A stretch of 64,000 nt of DNA from the human T2T-CHM13v2.0 reference genome, Homo sapiens (GCF_009914755.1 NC_060935.1), one strand, 5' to 3'. Shown: positions 42,441 through 57,800, counted from the first letter of the stretch. The notes: generated from the sequence alone by a model not told the origin. Program-made: numbers and translations.

Positions 42441-43682
42441 CACAATAAATTTTTTAAATAACTAAAGCTCTAACCTATTTTCATTAATATATATCTTTAT
42501 TTACCCAGATAGGACAATATCTTCTATGTGTTATGTATATTAACTTTTGTCTCCCCAAATAAATAAAACAGTTAAAATAGCACTTAGTAAATAGTAGGTC
42601 CCTTTATGACAACGCTATTCTCTTCATCTCCTTCATGTCCCTCCTCCTCTTGTACTGAAACTGGCCGGTCACAGTACTTTTATCTTTCTAATTAAGCAGC
42701 ATGTGGCACCAGCAGAGTCAGACACTGAGACAAAAACTATACATCTTTCACTGGATTTCATACATTGGAATATTAGTAGTCTTTACTTGCTGGTGATCAT
42801 ACTTGGAGTGGAAGAAGGAAGGCAGTTGTAGTCAATAATAAGTAAACCTCAATGATTTAGAGAGCTTGAAAGAGCATTGTTTCTACTCTTTTGACAATAG
42901 AAGCCAGACAAACTGCAAATTTATAACTTTCTTTGAACCTCTCAGAGATGAAATTGCAGGGCAAAAATATGAAATCTAAGGAGATGCAGTTGCCTAAAAA
43001 GAAGTGACACAACACAAACATTTGCTTACCTGGGGCATATGGCATACCTAGGCACTGTTAAGAATTCAGCTAGAATTCTTAATAGTTAATAAATAGTTAA
43101 AAAATAAATTCTTAATAGTTAATACATTGGTCAAGGCCAAGTGTAGGCTGCTAGCCTGTGAGGGCAACTGATATAGGTGTTCTTACCCCCTTACAGGCTT
43201 TTTCTCCATGGCTCTTACCTGATGAGAGTACTCAGGAGCTTTTTTTGTACCAGAAACCTTGGGGAGAGAAACACAGCTATTTTGTGGGGAGGGGTCCATA
43301 AAACTCTGCCCCTACCCTAAGTAAAAGGAATCTGTAGACCCCTGCTTTATATAAAAGTTATCTTCAGAGGAATTTGAAACCTGCACTGCAAAAATCACCC
43401 TCAAATCCAGCCCAACTCCTCATTTAACACAAATCCCTAAAGGCCTATCAGAAAGAAAGTTATATGCATTTGTAAGCTTTAAAACTTCCTTAGTCTTTAC
43501 TGCTCTGGACAAAATGTTCAGCTTTCAAGAAAACATTACAAAGTATATGAAAATGCAAGAAAAGGTACCACTCCAAGAGACAGAACAATCCAGAGAACCA
43601 GAATAAGATAAGACACAGATGTTGGAACTACCTAACAGAAAATTTAAAATAGTTACAATTTTTATGTTAAAAGTTCTGATGA

Positions 43683-44021
<339 letters not shown>

Positions 44022-44622
44022 TTAATTTTAGCAGAGATATGGAAACTATAAGAATTAATAAAATGAAAGTGCTAGAAATAAAAAGCAAAGTAACAGAGAT
44101 GAAGACTGTCTTCAACAAGTTTATAGACTTGATATAACCAAGGAAAGAATCAGTGAAATTGAAGATAGAGCAATAGAAGTTACCCAAACTGAAACATAAG
44201 GAGAAAAAAACTGGGAAAAAAAAAAAAAAAAAATAGAACAAAGCATCCAGGAATTGGGAGACAAAATCAAACAATCTAACCATTGTATAATTAGTACTCA
44301 CAAATCCACAAAGCTTAAAGGACACCATGCTGGATAAATTTCCACCACCTCACCCTCTCTTAAAAAACAAACACACACAGGCATAAAATATTAAAACTGA
44401 AAAAGACTGAAATACTGACCCTAGCAGCGGGGTAGAGAAAGTATTGTGGGGGAAACACACACCACATACAAGAAACAAATATTAGAGCAGCTTTTTCCTC
44501 AGAAGCCATTCAAGTCAGAAGATAATGGAATCGTGGTAACTTTAAAGTGCCGCATGAAAAAACTGGAAACCACAAATTCTAACTCAGCAAAATATCTTTC
44601 AAAATGAAGTCAAGTCTTTCTC

Positions 44623-44917
44623 GGCTGGGCACAGTGGCTCACGCCTGCTATTCCAGCACTTTGGGAGGGCAAGGCGGGCAGATCACTTGAGGTCAGGAGT
44701 TCGAGATCCCCCTGGCCAACATGGTGAAACCCTGTTTCTACCAAAAATATAAAAAATTAGCCAGGTGTGGTGGCACACGCCTGTAATCGCAGCTGCTCAG
44801 GAGGCTGAGGCAGGAAAATCGCTTGAACCTGGTAGGCAGAGGTTACAGTGAGCCGAGATCATGCCACTGTACTCCAGCCCGGGAGACAGAGCAAGACTCC
44901 AACTCAAAAAAAAAAAA
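44623..44917 (+). mobile_element. AluS
   Basis: Full dimer; TSD-like aa(g/a)tctttct. Confidence 0.92.
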
Positions 44918-45122
44918 TCTTTCTTAAATAAAACAGAATTTATTGCCAGCAGACTTACTCTATAAGATTGTTACAGGAAGTTCTTCAAACAGAAGAGCTA
45001 TAATTACATATTAACACACATTTGAATGTTTACAAGCCAAATAACTTTCTGTTTATAATTTTAATACATAGCAATTATAAAAGTAGTTCCATATTTTTGA
45101 ATTCAAAGTTGAATTGTTATAA

Positions 45123-45428
<306 letters not shown>

Positions 45429-48064
45429 TTATGTGTTTTTGAAAAGGAGGCTTCTGAAAACCTTAAATGTGTCATTGAAACTCAGTTCTACTATACTGGC
45501 CTCCCCAACAGGAAAGCCTATATTCATGGGAAGAAGTGCATGCATGGTTGTGGATATGGGTGCACATGACTATTTTTTAATGGGATATGGATTTGGTGGA
45601 TTTTACCAATAAGTTGTTTCTAAGGATATATTTTAATTCTAATTTATCTTATCTGTCAAAAATCCAATAAATAGAAGAAAGTTAATAGAAAATTTTATCA
45701 TCATAATCATTTAAGGACCATAGAAAATTAACTTTAATGTAGAAATTTCTTTTTCTCTTTTAGTGGAAATTAGATGTTGAAAACATCTGTAATAAGTTCA
45801 ACTCTAGGAGGTTTCTTTTGTTCAGTAATATCATGGTTTTATTTAGCTGTTTTATCTCTTTCTTTTAAATTCTTATTTTTCCTTTAAATGTTTGCATTTG
45901 TTAATAACGATTCAGTGATGGCACATTCTCTAGGCTAAGAACACTTGCAGCATGTTGCCTGGAAAGAAATGGTGTAAAATTTGTTATTTTTGAACAAAAG
46001 TCAGAAAAATATGGGCCAACTTTACCTTTGAAAATATCCTTACTAATTTAATGATTTGAATGAAATCGAGATACAATAAAATCTTAATTTAAAATTTTTC
46101 CATCTCTGTTAATTCCTGAGGCAAACACAATAATCTATTCTAGTCTCTTCACCAGGTAGCTGTGTGACTAGTAAAACATTGAGGATTCTACTGGTAAAGA
46201 AAAAAAGCAAGCAAGGATGGTGGGGTAAATTTAGGTATTTCTGGCACGGATAGGGTAGAACAGAATTTGGCTACAAGGAATATCTGTTGTAAATCAATTA
46301 TAAATTGTAAATCAATTGTAAATTGGATAAATCAGTTTGCAAATTATAAATATCAAATGTAAAATTTGGTTTCATTCTAACAATTCCATGTAATGAAGTT
46401 TTTTTTAATTACAAAAACCATTTTTATTACCAAAAACAGTTTTAGTTGGCATTTTATTACTTTTTAAAATAAATTCAAAGTTCAGTATTGGTATCTAATA
46501 TGTAACATCAATATAAATAACATATAAATACGTGTCTTAAATTTGAAGATTTTGATATACTCCAGCAATTGAACATATTAAGTACCCAAGAAATGCCCAT
46601 TTAAATTTGAAAATGTTCTGGTAAGCAAATTTCTTAATAATTAAAGTAGAGAGGATTTTTGTTTCATGATAGAATTGACTGCTTGTAGAACAAAGACCAC
46701 AGTAGACTACTACAGTATGATAGTTTTGCAGTATACAAAGATTGCTGTGGAGTAATCTTTCCACATGCTGCAGAGAGAAGGGTATTTTCTAGTAATCTTC
46801 TCTGCAACTTTCAGCTGTAAAATGAACCTTTTTAAACAAATAAAAAACACCAGAGAAACCAAATGTTCCTTAATTATTCACCTTGAAGAATTTGGAATAA
46901 TTTCTTCAGTTTAGCAAAATACATTGCCCATGATTACCATATGTATTAGGGCTTTCATGGATTAAAATACCATCTTTGGAAAATGACTTCAAGAGGTATT
47001 TTTCAATGTCCCTTATTTTGTCATGGCATTTCTTTGATTTAGCATCCAATAATGCATTTTAAAAGCATCTATCAGCATTTTAAAATTTGTTTCTGTAGGT
47101 CAGTGTTGACATTTCCCTTTGAAAAAAAAGAAGAAATGAGGGAATGGGAGGAATAGGCAACATGCAAGTTGATAGACTGATAAACATATATTTCTAACCT
47201 CTTTAATGACTATACAGTTCCTGGTCCCTTAAGTTTTTACATAACAGAGCTGCCTGCCCTGGTTTATATGGAATGTTTCAATCAGAAGCTTCTACTAGTT
47301 TCAAAAGTAGAAATATGGAAAAGTTAGAAGCTGTTAGAAATTTTCTGATCTAGGAATGAAGGAGAAAAATAGGATGTTTGGTTGGGGGAAAACATAGCTT
47401 CTGGCCATGAGATTAGCAGAGAGGAGAAAAATATGCTTTTGAGAATTGTTTTTTTAAATGGGAACCTGTACAAGGAATCTCTTTAAGTCTAAGTACAGTC
47501 ATATAATTTTTATATTGCTAGAATTATATGAAATACGGTTACTACATTTATTACAAACCAAACTATTCCAGATAGCTTCACTTAAATCTCTTTTAAAATT
47601 GTGATTTTATCTTTTCCCATATACAGTTCATTAGTTTTTAGTGTATATGTGGCGTTATCCTTTTAACCTGTGTTTATGATGATGATAATGATTTTTATAC
47701 TTCTTGTGCTCCCTGTAATAGGTTTTATGGTAAACATTTTATGTGAATTATCTCACTTAACTCTCAGAATAAGAGAGGTTACTGTCAAACTCATTCTATA
47801 CGTGAGGATATTGAGGCCCAGGGAGGTTTTTATTTTTCCCAAGATCACATCTTTAGAAAGTTACTAAACTAGAACTTAAATGTGTTACTGAATACTGGTT
47901 CATGCCTGTATGACACACTCAGAGAGCAAGGGTAAATAACTTGTGTTATGAGATTCAGTCGCTTTTCTCCATAAAGGTTTCACTTACCACATAACCTTCT
48001 TATATGGGGAAAGAAAAAAGATCTCTTGCTAGGCAAAAGTAATTGGCAAAGTATTCTTCTCTTG

Positions 48065-51000
48065 TTTTGTATTTTTTATGGCTACATAGTAGTTGTACAT
48101 ATTTATAGGGTACATATAATATTTGTTAAAAGCATACACTGTGTAATGATCAAATCAGGAGAATTGCAGTATCCATCGCCTCAAACATTTGTCACTTTTT
48201 TGCATTGAGAACATTCCAAATCTACTTCTCTAGTTATTTTGAAATATACGATAAATTATTATTAACTATAGTTTCCCTGTTGTGCCACCAAACACTAGGT
48301 CTTATTACTACTATCTAACTGTATTTTTGTACCCATTAACCAACCCCTTTTTATCCTACCCTCCCTCCCAACCCCTATACACACCCTTCCTATCCTCTGG
48401 TAACTGTTATTCTACTCTCCTACCTCCATGAGATCAACTTTTTTAGCTCCCACGTATGAATGAGAACATGCAGTATTTGTCTTTCTGTACCTGGCTTATT
48501 TCACTTAATATAATGCCTTCTAGTACTATCCATGTTGTTGCAAGTGACAAGATTTTATTCTTTGTTATGGTGAAATAATATTCCATTGTTTATGTGTACC
48601 ATATTTTTTCTTTATCCATTCATCTGTTGATGGGCACTTAGGTCAATGCCATATCTTGACTATTGTGAATAGTGCTGTAATAAACACTGGAGTACAGATA
48701 CCTTTCCAATATACTGATTTCCTTTCTTTTGGGTATATACCCAGCAGTGAGATTGCTGGTAATAAACACAGGAGTGCAGATACCTTTCCAATATACTGAT
48801 TTCCTTTTTTTTGGATATATACCCAGATTGCTGGACTGTTGGGAACAGGCCCCCAAATCTGGCCCCAAAACTGGTCATAAACAAAATCTCTGCAGCACTG
48901 TGACATGTTCGTGATGGCCATGACGCCCACGCTGAAGGTCATGGGTTTACCAGAACGAGGGCAAGGAAAACCTGGCCCACCCAGGGCAGAAAATGGCTTA
49001 AAGGCATTCCTGAGCCACAAACAATAGCGTGAGGGATCTATGCCTTAAGGACATGTTTCTGCTGCAGATAACTAGCCAGAGCCTATCCCTTTATTTTGGC
49101 CCATCCCATTGTTCCCCTAAGAATACTTTTAGTTAATCTGAAATCTATAGAAACAATGCTTATCACTGGCTTGCTGTCAATAAATATGTGGGTAAATCTC
49201 TGTTCGAGGCTCTCAGCTCTGAAGGCTGTGAGACCCCCAATTTCCTACTCCACATGCCATATTTCTGTGTGTGTGTCTTTAATTCCTCTAGCACAGCTGG
49301 GTTAGGGTCTCTATGACCAAGCTGGTCTTGGCACTGGACAATATAGTATTTCTATTTTTGGTTTTTTGAGGAACATCCATACTGTTTTCCATAGTAGCTT
49401 ACTAATTTACCTTCTAACTGTGTATGAATATTCTCCTTTCTCCACATCCTCCGTAGCATCCATTATTTTTTGTCTTTTTGATAAAAGCTATTTTAACTGG
49501 GGTGAGATGATTTCTCACTGTGGTTTTGATTTCTATTTCTCTGATGAGTAGTGATGTTGAGGATTGTTTTCTATACCCGTTGGTCATTTGCATGTCTTCT
49601 TTTGAGAAATGTCTGTTAAGATCTTTTGCCTGTTTTTTAATCCAATTATTTGTTACTTTGCTATTGAATTGTTTGAATTGCTTATATATTCTTGTCATTA
49701 ATCTCTTGTCAGTTGAATAGTGTGCATATATTTTCTCCTGTTCTTCAGATTGTCTCTTTGTTGATTGTTTTCTTTGCTGTGCAGAAGCTTTTTAGCTTGA
49801 CATGATCCCATTTGTCCATTTTTGCTTTGGTTTCTTGTGCTTTTGAAGTCTTATTCAAGAAATCTTTGTCCAGATTAGTGTCCTGAAGCATTTCCCCAAT
49901 GTTTTCTTCTAGTAGTTTCACAGTTTCAGGTATTATATTTAAGTCTTTAATCCATTTTGATTTTTGTATATGTTGAGAGACAGCTGTCTAGTTTAATTCT
50001 TCTGCATAAGGTTATCCAGTTTTCCCAGCACCATTTGTAGACGACACTGTTCTTTCCTCAATGTTTGTTCTTGGCACTTATTGAAGCTGAGTTGGTTGTA
50101 AATGTGTGGATTTATAGTCGGGTTCCTTGTTCTCTTTCATTGCTCTATGTGTCTGTTTTTATGCCCCTACCATGGTATTTTGGTTACTATAGGTTTCTAG
50201 TATACTTTGGAGTCAGGAAGTATGATTTGCTCTAGTTTTGTTCTTTTTGCTCATGATTGCTTTAGGTATTCTGGATCTTTTGTGGTTCCATATAAATGTT
50301 AGGAGTTTTTTTTCTATTTCTGTGAAGAATGTCATTGATATTTTGGTAGGGATTGCACTGAATGTGGGTGATGTGGTCATTTTTACAATAATTAATTCTT
50401 TCAAGCCATGAACATAGGATATCTTTCCATGTTTTTGTGTACTCTTCAATTTCTCTGTGTATGTTCATATAGCCTCTTTTCAAGCTCACCAATTCTTCTT
50501 CTGCCTGATCAGTTCTGCTGTTGAGACACTGATGTATTTTTCAGTTTGTCAATTGAATTTTTTAGCCAGGAATTCTGTTTCATTTATTTTAAAAATTATA
50601 TGAATCTCTTTCTTAAAGTTGTCTGATAGAATTCCTTCTCTGTGTTATCTTGAAGTTTGTTGAGCTTCATGAAGACAGCTGTTTTGAATTTCCTGTCTGA
50701 GGTCACATGTCTTCATCACTCCAGGATTGGTCACTGGTGCCCTATTTAGTCTGTTTGGTGAGGTCATGTTTTCCTAGTTGTTCTTGATGCTTATGGACAT
50801 TCATCATTGTCTGGGCATTTAAGTGTTAGATATTTATTTCTGTCTTTGTGTTATGGCCTTGTTTGTACCTGTCCTTCTTGAGTGGACTTTGAAGACTTCA
50901 AATATAATTGAGTGTTGTTACCATAGCTGTAGCTACTACAGCCATTTTAGCATTACCAGGTGCCCTAACCCAGGTATGCTGTGACCCCTACAGACCCTTA

Positions 51001-52170
51001 GATATATAGCCTTGGTGGAGTTGGGCAAGGTAAGACAGAATTCCCTGAGTTCCCAGGCAGAGTCTCTTGCTCTTCCCACTCTTTCCCCCAAGTGGAAGGG
51101 GTCTTTATGCTTGGCTGCCTTGAGTTGGGGGAGGGGTGATACCTGCAGTCCTGTGGTCGGCACAGTTGACTGCGTTAGAACACCATGAAAGCCTGAGGCC
51201 TTCCAGATCAGTGCAGCTTCCACCGGGGGTCACCCAAGGCCCATGGCCACCACCATGTGGCTGCTGCTGATGTTTATTCAAGGCTGGAGGCCACATATCA
51301 AGTGGTGAGTTCTGCTGGGAGTCAGTTTATCCCACCAGGGTTGTAGATTCCCTTCTGGCCCTGGGTGGGTCAAAAAACACCATTCAAGAGCAAAGACCTG
51401 CAACTGAAGGCTTTAGGATTCTCCTTGTTTTTTGGGTTTTTGGATTTTACTGTGGCTGAGCTTGTATTCATTTGCAAGACAAAGTCTTACGTATTTTTTC
51501 CTCTCTTTCCCACAAGTGGAAGGAGTCTCTGCACTGCGTTGCCTGGAGTTGGGGGAGAGGCGATGCATGTACTCTTGTCATCACTGAAGCCAGCGTCGTG
51601 CTGGATTGCATTCCAAGCCCAGTCTCTGATGCCAGTGCAGCACTGGGGCTTGCCCAAGTACTATAGTTGCTGTGGCCCAACTGCCACTCAAATTTATTAG
51701 AGGCCCAGGCCACTTTATTCCATAGTTGCTGAAGTAGGCTGAGACTTGGCTTTCTCCTCCTGGCGATGGATGCTTTCCCTCTGCCCCAGGGATGGTCTGT
51801 TTGCCCCCTCTGTGAGCACTGGCAGAATTCTGTCCAGTGTTGTGTTCCACTGTGATAGGGCAGCACTGAGTTCCAATGCAGTATCCCACACTCACTTCAC
51901 TCTTGCTCTTCCAAACACATAGATTCTCAGTGCTATGACGCCTGGGTTTGGGGGAGGAATGTTGTAGGTAATGCAAGGTTACCTAGCTTATCCTTCCTAC
52001 CCTTTTAAATGCCTCTCCCTTTGTTATTATGTTAAAGTTAGATACTGTGATTGCACACCTGATTTTTTTGTTTTTAAAATAGTGTTTTCTTGTGTTGATA
52101 GTTGTTTAATTTGGTGTTCCTGCATGGGGGATGATTGCTGGAGGGTTCTATTTGGTCATCTTGCTTTGCC
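48065..52170 (-). mobile_element. L1MA-type element with both UTRs, a large internal ORF1-ORF2 deletion and a nested MER9
   Basis: 3'UTR at 48070-48700; ORF 49414..49698(-) KDLNRHFSKED is ORF2; junction at ~50452; 5' part is homologous to 5210-7870. Confidence 0.88.
48837..49333 (+). mobile_element. MER9 (HERV-K9/HML-3) solo LTR
   Basis: tgttgggaacaggcccccaaatctggcc ... ggtcttggca; perfect 6-bp TSD ctggac (48831-48836 and 49334-49339); AATAAA at 49179. Confidence 0.92.
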
Positions 52171-53359
52171 CTTGTCTAAAGTCAAATCTTAATTACAAAC
52201 ATGTATTTTTTTTTCTTTGCATTCTACAGATAGGGAAGCCTGAATGATAGATAAATATATTAATAAAAGATTTGCAAAATTACGAAAATGTGACATTTTG
52301 ACATTGAGAAAATCTTGACATTAAAATCAATATTTTACAGTTACGTCATCTGCCTATGAAGCCTTATCTTTAGCTTCTATCCTCAGTAATTCTTCACAGC
52401 AGTAAACTTTCTTTATTGCTAGACTAAACTATTTATGTGCAAGTAAAATATTGGGTAAAAATAATTAGGTAATTTGGTATTTAATGAAGTTGTTCATTTC
52501 TTCAGTATTATTCAAAGGCCTGTCACATTTTATGGTAAATATTGATTAAAAGACTAAGTAGAATTTGTGTTTGTTGCTCATCTTAATACCTTGGTACCTG
52601 GATATCTGAAACTCATGGTAGTATATTAAACTCTTGGATTGTGAGGCCGTGTTTTAGTACACCTTTCGTAACTATTGTCTGGCCAGCAGTTTCAAAATGT
52701 AATAGCTGCACTGGCCATTGATGCTGGTGGAGGTGAGGTAGTTGCTAGAACAGTTGATTCACTCTGCCAAGAACAAACAAATAATGGCATAAAAAAACAA
52801 ATTATAGTTGTAAAGAAGTGAATATGACCATATGAATGGTTAAGAAAGCTTATAATAGTTACAAAGGTTAGAGATTTAAAACTCCAAGCAGAATTTGGGC
52901 ATTAAGTATATAAAATCAATGAGGAACACAAAGCTGTAACATGATTGGTGGAACCTTTTTTTAAAGCCAGAGTGATACAGGCAAAGAAGTGACAAGGCTG
53001 TGTACTTGATTATTTTGAAAGCTGCTCTGTCCCATAACTATGCTGTTAAATTTAACTGTAGCACCCAGCTGCTATCTGTATACTTCACTTCTTTATGGAA
53101 TCGATTCATTCAAAATCTTGGCAGGAGATCCATAAGTGCTAAACTATTCAAATAATTCTCTTGCTTTCTATTTCTCTTTCCTAGAATTTGTTTCCATAAG
53201 ATTGTAAAAGCAAAACTCAGATCACTTAACAGCTTTTTTCTTTTCTTCCCCCCCTTTTAAAATTTAACAGTTATTAAATCCTCAGTTGCAGATTGAGATT
53301 ATTTAAAGTAATCCTTAAACTGTCATAATTGCCTTTCCAGTTAAATTAAAATCTGGACA

Positions 53360-53545
53360 ATTTCTCTAAGTGTGGGTGGTTGGCCACTTAGTATTATCTG
53401 GGAAGTTAGTTTACAAGGTAGATTCCTAAGTTCTATCCCAGGTCTGTAAAATTAGACTATCTCAAAGTGGGGCTCTGGAATCTATATTTTTTTACAAACT
53501 TTTGGGGCAATTCTTAGGCACCCTTAATTTTTGGAGTATCTGTAC
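53360..53545. mobile_element. MER5-like hAT DNA transposon remnant
   Basis: gattcct ... aaattagactatct ... gtggggctctggaatctatatttttt.acaa pattern. Confidence 0.5.
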
Positions 53546-54159
53546 TTAGAAGAAACTGTAAAGAATTGCTAATTTTGGTATCCTAAATGTCATCAAATCT
53601 GTATATCTGATTCTTTTCTAAAATCTGGCCCAAATAGAGTCACATTTTTCATTTGACTATAGGTTCAGAATTTAACAAACTTAGTAAAGTACTCCTGGAA
53701 CGAACTTTAGAAATAATTGATTCCAAACTTAGATACTGAGTTCCTAATGTTGTGCACTTGTAAACAATAAGCTCTGCAGTATAACCAAGGTTTCTTCAAT
53801 TATTTCAGTTCTCTCCATTGTAGGCTATTTCCAGAAATTCAGTTCTTTGAAACATTTTTATTTCAACCTGGGCAACATAGTGAGACCCCTTCTCTACAAA
53901 AAATTAAAAAACTAGCTGTGTGTGGTGGCATGTGCCTATAGTCTCAGATGCTTGGGAGGCTGAGGTGGGAGGATCACTTGAGCCTGGGAGGTCAAGGCTA
54001 AAGTGATCCGTGATCATGCTGAGAGGTGAAGCCAGCTGGACTTCCTGGGTTGAGTGGGGACTTGGAAAACTTTTCTGTCTTACAAGAGGTTTGTAAAATG
54101 CATCAATCAGTGCTGTGTAAAAAGGGTACCAATTGGCACTCTGTAGCTAGCTAGAGATT

Positions 54160-54276
54160 GGTAAAATGCACCAATCAGCACCCTGTAAAATGGACCAATC
54201 AGCACCCTGTAAAATGGACCAATCAGCACCCTATAAAATGGACCAATCAGCACTCTGTAAAATGGACCAATCAGCA
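54160..54276 (+). repeat. 22-bp tandem repeat x5, each unit with CCAAT (LTR12 U3 NF-Y array)
   Basis: Units of gtaaaatggaccaatcagcac(c/t)ct are directly visible. Confidence 0.9.
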
Positions 54277-54306
54277 GGACATGGGCGGGGACAAATAAAG
54301 GAATAA

Positions 54307-54701
<395 letters not shown>

Positions 54702-54810
54702 TGGGTCTGTGCCACCTTTAAGAGCTGTAACACTGCAAAGTTCCACAGCTTCATTCTTGAAGTCAGAGAGACCAGGAACCCACTGGAAGGAACCAACTCC
54801 AGACATATCT

Positions 54811-54828
54811 TGGGGGCTTGTCTGGGAT
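54811..54828 (+). other. Retroviral primer-binding site, tRNA-Pro type
   Basis: tgggggcttgtctgggat versus PBS-Pro TGGGGGCTCGTCCGGGAT: two CpG-to-TpG changes; lies 3 nt after the LTR end. Confidence 0.8.
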
Positions 54829-56289
54829 ATTGCCAAGTGGTGAGTACTATGGGACCCCTTTTGCTTGCTATTCTGTCCTATTTTTCCTTAGAATTTGGGG
54901 GCTAAACACTGGGCACCCATTGGCCAGTTAAAAGTGACTAGCACGGCCACTGGACTAAAGACATGGGTATCAGGCTTTCTGGGAAAAGGCTAACAACCCC
55001 TGACTCTTTGGAGTTGGGAGCATTGGTTTGCCTGGAATTAGCTTCTGCTTTTGCTGTTCTTCCGGGCTGAGCCGAGGGTTGACAGGGAGGAAAGCCATTC
55101 AGCTCTGAGGTCCCGACAAAAGTTTCGTTGACCCTGCAGCCATGAGCAGAGCTCTCAAAGTTAAGTCGCCCAAGCGCAACTCGACCATCTATCCTGTATA
55201 TCCTGACCCTTGCCTCATGGGTCCTAACGCCTGTCAGACAAACTTCCTCCCACCTCTCTTCTCCAAGGCTAGTCTCGCTTCTAAAAACCACTCCCTGTCT
55301 CTGGTGCTTTTCTAGTTTCTCCTATAAGAATGATTTCTAGTATAAATTTCAGAACTCTGTTCCTTTAGGCACCCAGGCCCACCAATCAGAAAGACATAAT
55401 TTTTGCCCAAAGCCCCATCGGGGGTGGGGAGACTATCTGGAATTTTAGGATCCCCCCTCAGGCAAGCAGGCCTAACAAAAGCTATTCCTGAAGCTAGGAT
55501 GTGGGGAGCCTCAGAAATTATATCCTTCCTATTCATATGACGAGAAGTGAGGACAAAAGGCGTCACTCTTCCAAAACCACCTCTGGACACAATGCCACTG
55601 CATTCCTGTCTGGGCAACAGAACAAGACCTTGTCAATCAATAAAATAAAATAAAATAAAACTTTGTTTTCCTCAAATGAGTGTTTTGAACTTAGGACTTT
55701 CTGGAATTTGGTAACTGCCAGTTTTGTGCTTCCATTTAGACAAACAAATCTCCCCAAAAAGTGCTTTTCCTATATTGAGTTTGTGATTTGGTTTCATGGC
55801 TATAAGAGAAGTGTCATATTATTGCATATCTTATTTAAGACTATACACTTCAACAATTTCTACCTGTGATTTATGGAATTAATAAATTCAGGGAAATGAT
55901 AAAGTACAGTTCTTAGAACAGTCTTCAGCAAAACTACTCCATCACTTTTAGGAGTCAGTGAATCTCTAGAGCAATTTGAGATAAACACTGTGAAACTTTG
56001 GTGCAGACCCTTTTGACTTTGGTGCATCTTGTCAGTACCCTATGTGACTCAGAAAAATGTTTTAAGAGTCATTTGAATCAACATTTACATAAACACGAAA
56101 TCTTTCTGTAGAGATTTTAGATAGAGGCAAATAAGACTGAGTCTCTGGGCTGACTTCCTCATAGTCTTAAACCAGTGCAACTCTATCCATGAAACAAAAT
56201 ATTCTAATAATAGGATAGACATTTTCGTATTGTATAGACAGTAACAGAAATAGTCGTTTTTCCTCCATTCACTCCCCATCTAATTCGGA

Positions 56290-57800
56290 ATAAATGCATT
56301 CATTACAAAGACTTATGAGATCCTCCAGGCTCAGGCCTTCTGCTCCCTCATTGCCTTTGTCTTCTGATCTTCCTCTTGCTCACTTTGTTGCAGCCACACC
56401 TGCTACACTTCCCTTGAGCTTCTGCCTTGGAGCCTTCATACCTTCTGTTCCTTTTGTCTGGAACATTCATACCCTAGGTATCTGAATGGCTTAGTCTATT
56501 ACTCCCTTCTGGTCTCTGAATGTTACCTTACCAAACAGACTGTTTTTGAGCATTTGTATAATATAGCAACCTCCCCCAACACTTAGTTCCACTTATTCTC
56601 CTTAACCTGCTTTGTTTTTGTAAGACTTCTTAGTATATTTATGTGTATTCTTCTGATTTTGAATTTTTACTATCATTTCAAAATATAACACTTAATATAT
56701 ACAAAAGAATATATGTAACTTTAATATATTAATGAGTAATTAAAACATTACAAGTGTGAGGATATAATGAAACCCATGAACCAATAACTTAACCCAAGAA
56801 TTAAGATATTACCATAACTTGCCTCGACTTATGTGATTTTCTTCTATCCAGTCTCCCTCCCATTCTGCTGAAGTCCCCACCATTCTGTTTTGTTTAAAAC
56901 TCTTTTTGTGGTTTTACATATTTTTTAGTAGTTCTATTACGTGCATGCATTCTTTCAATCTCTCACACATGCATTTGTGCCCAAAAACATATTGTTTTGC
57001 TTATTTTTCGAACATTATAAAGCAGTGTTGCAAGGGATGTCCTAGGATTTGCTTTTTTCCTTCAGCTTTGTCTGAGATTCATTATTGTGGTTGGTTTGGC
57101 TGTTGTTTCATTCTTTATTGTTATTGTACAATATTTCATTATGTAAATATAACACAATTTGTGTATCCATTCTCCTATTGATGGACATTTGGGTTACTCC
57201 AGTTTTTTTTTTGGCTATTGAAACAGTGCCACTAGGAACGTTTGTGGCTATGTCTCCCTACTGCATAAGCTCAAGAGTTTCTCTAGAGTATATGCTTAGG
57301 AATAGAATTGTTATGTCAAATTGTTTTTAGTGGTTGTACTAATTCACTATTGTGCGAACAGTATGTAATATCTGCATCCTTTTAATCCTACTAGTACTTG
57401 GTATTTTGGGATGCCTTTATTGTTGCCAGTCTGGTGGGTTAAAGTGGTACTTCATTGTGATCTTGATTCACATTTTTTATTGCTGTGGAGACAGTATGCA
57501 TCTTTCCATGTGTTCTTCAGCCACTCCTGCTTTTTCTATTGGAAAAACAGCAATAAGGCTGATGTGGCTGAAGCACAGTGAGGGAGAAGGGGAGTGGTGG
57601 GACATGAGGATGGGAGGTAGCTGGGGTGGAGGTGGACTAGGTCATAAGTCTTGTGAGCCATGAAAGTAAATAGATTACTCTGGCAGAGTATGTTTTCTAG
57701 AAAATAGACTACTGGGGAGTAAGACTTAAAGCAAAGAGAGATGTTAGAAAACAGTTGCAGTAGCTAATGCTGTTGCTCAAAATGGTAGCAGGTTTGGGGA
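56290..57800. mobile_element. L2 and L1ME fragments
   Basis: L2-like tgcagccacac..ttgagc; L1M-like tatccattctcctattgatggacatttggg. Confidence 0.55.
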
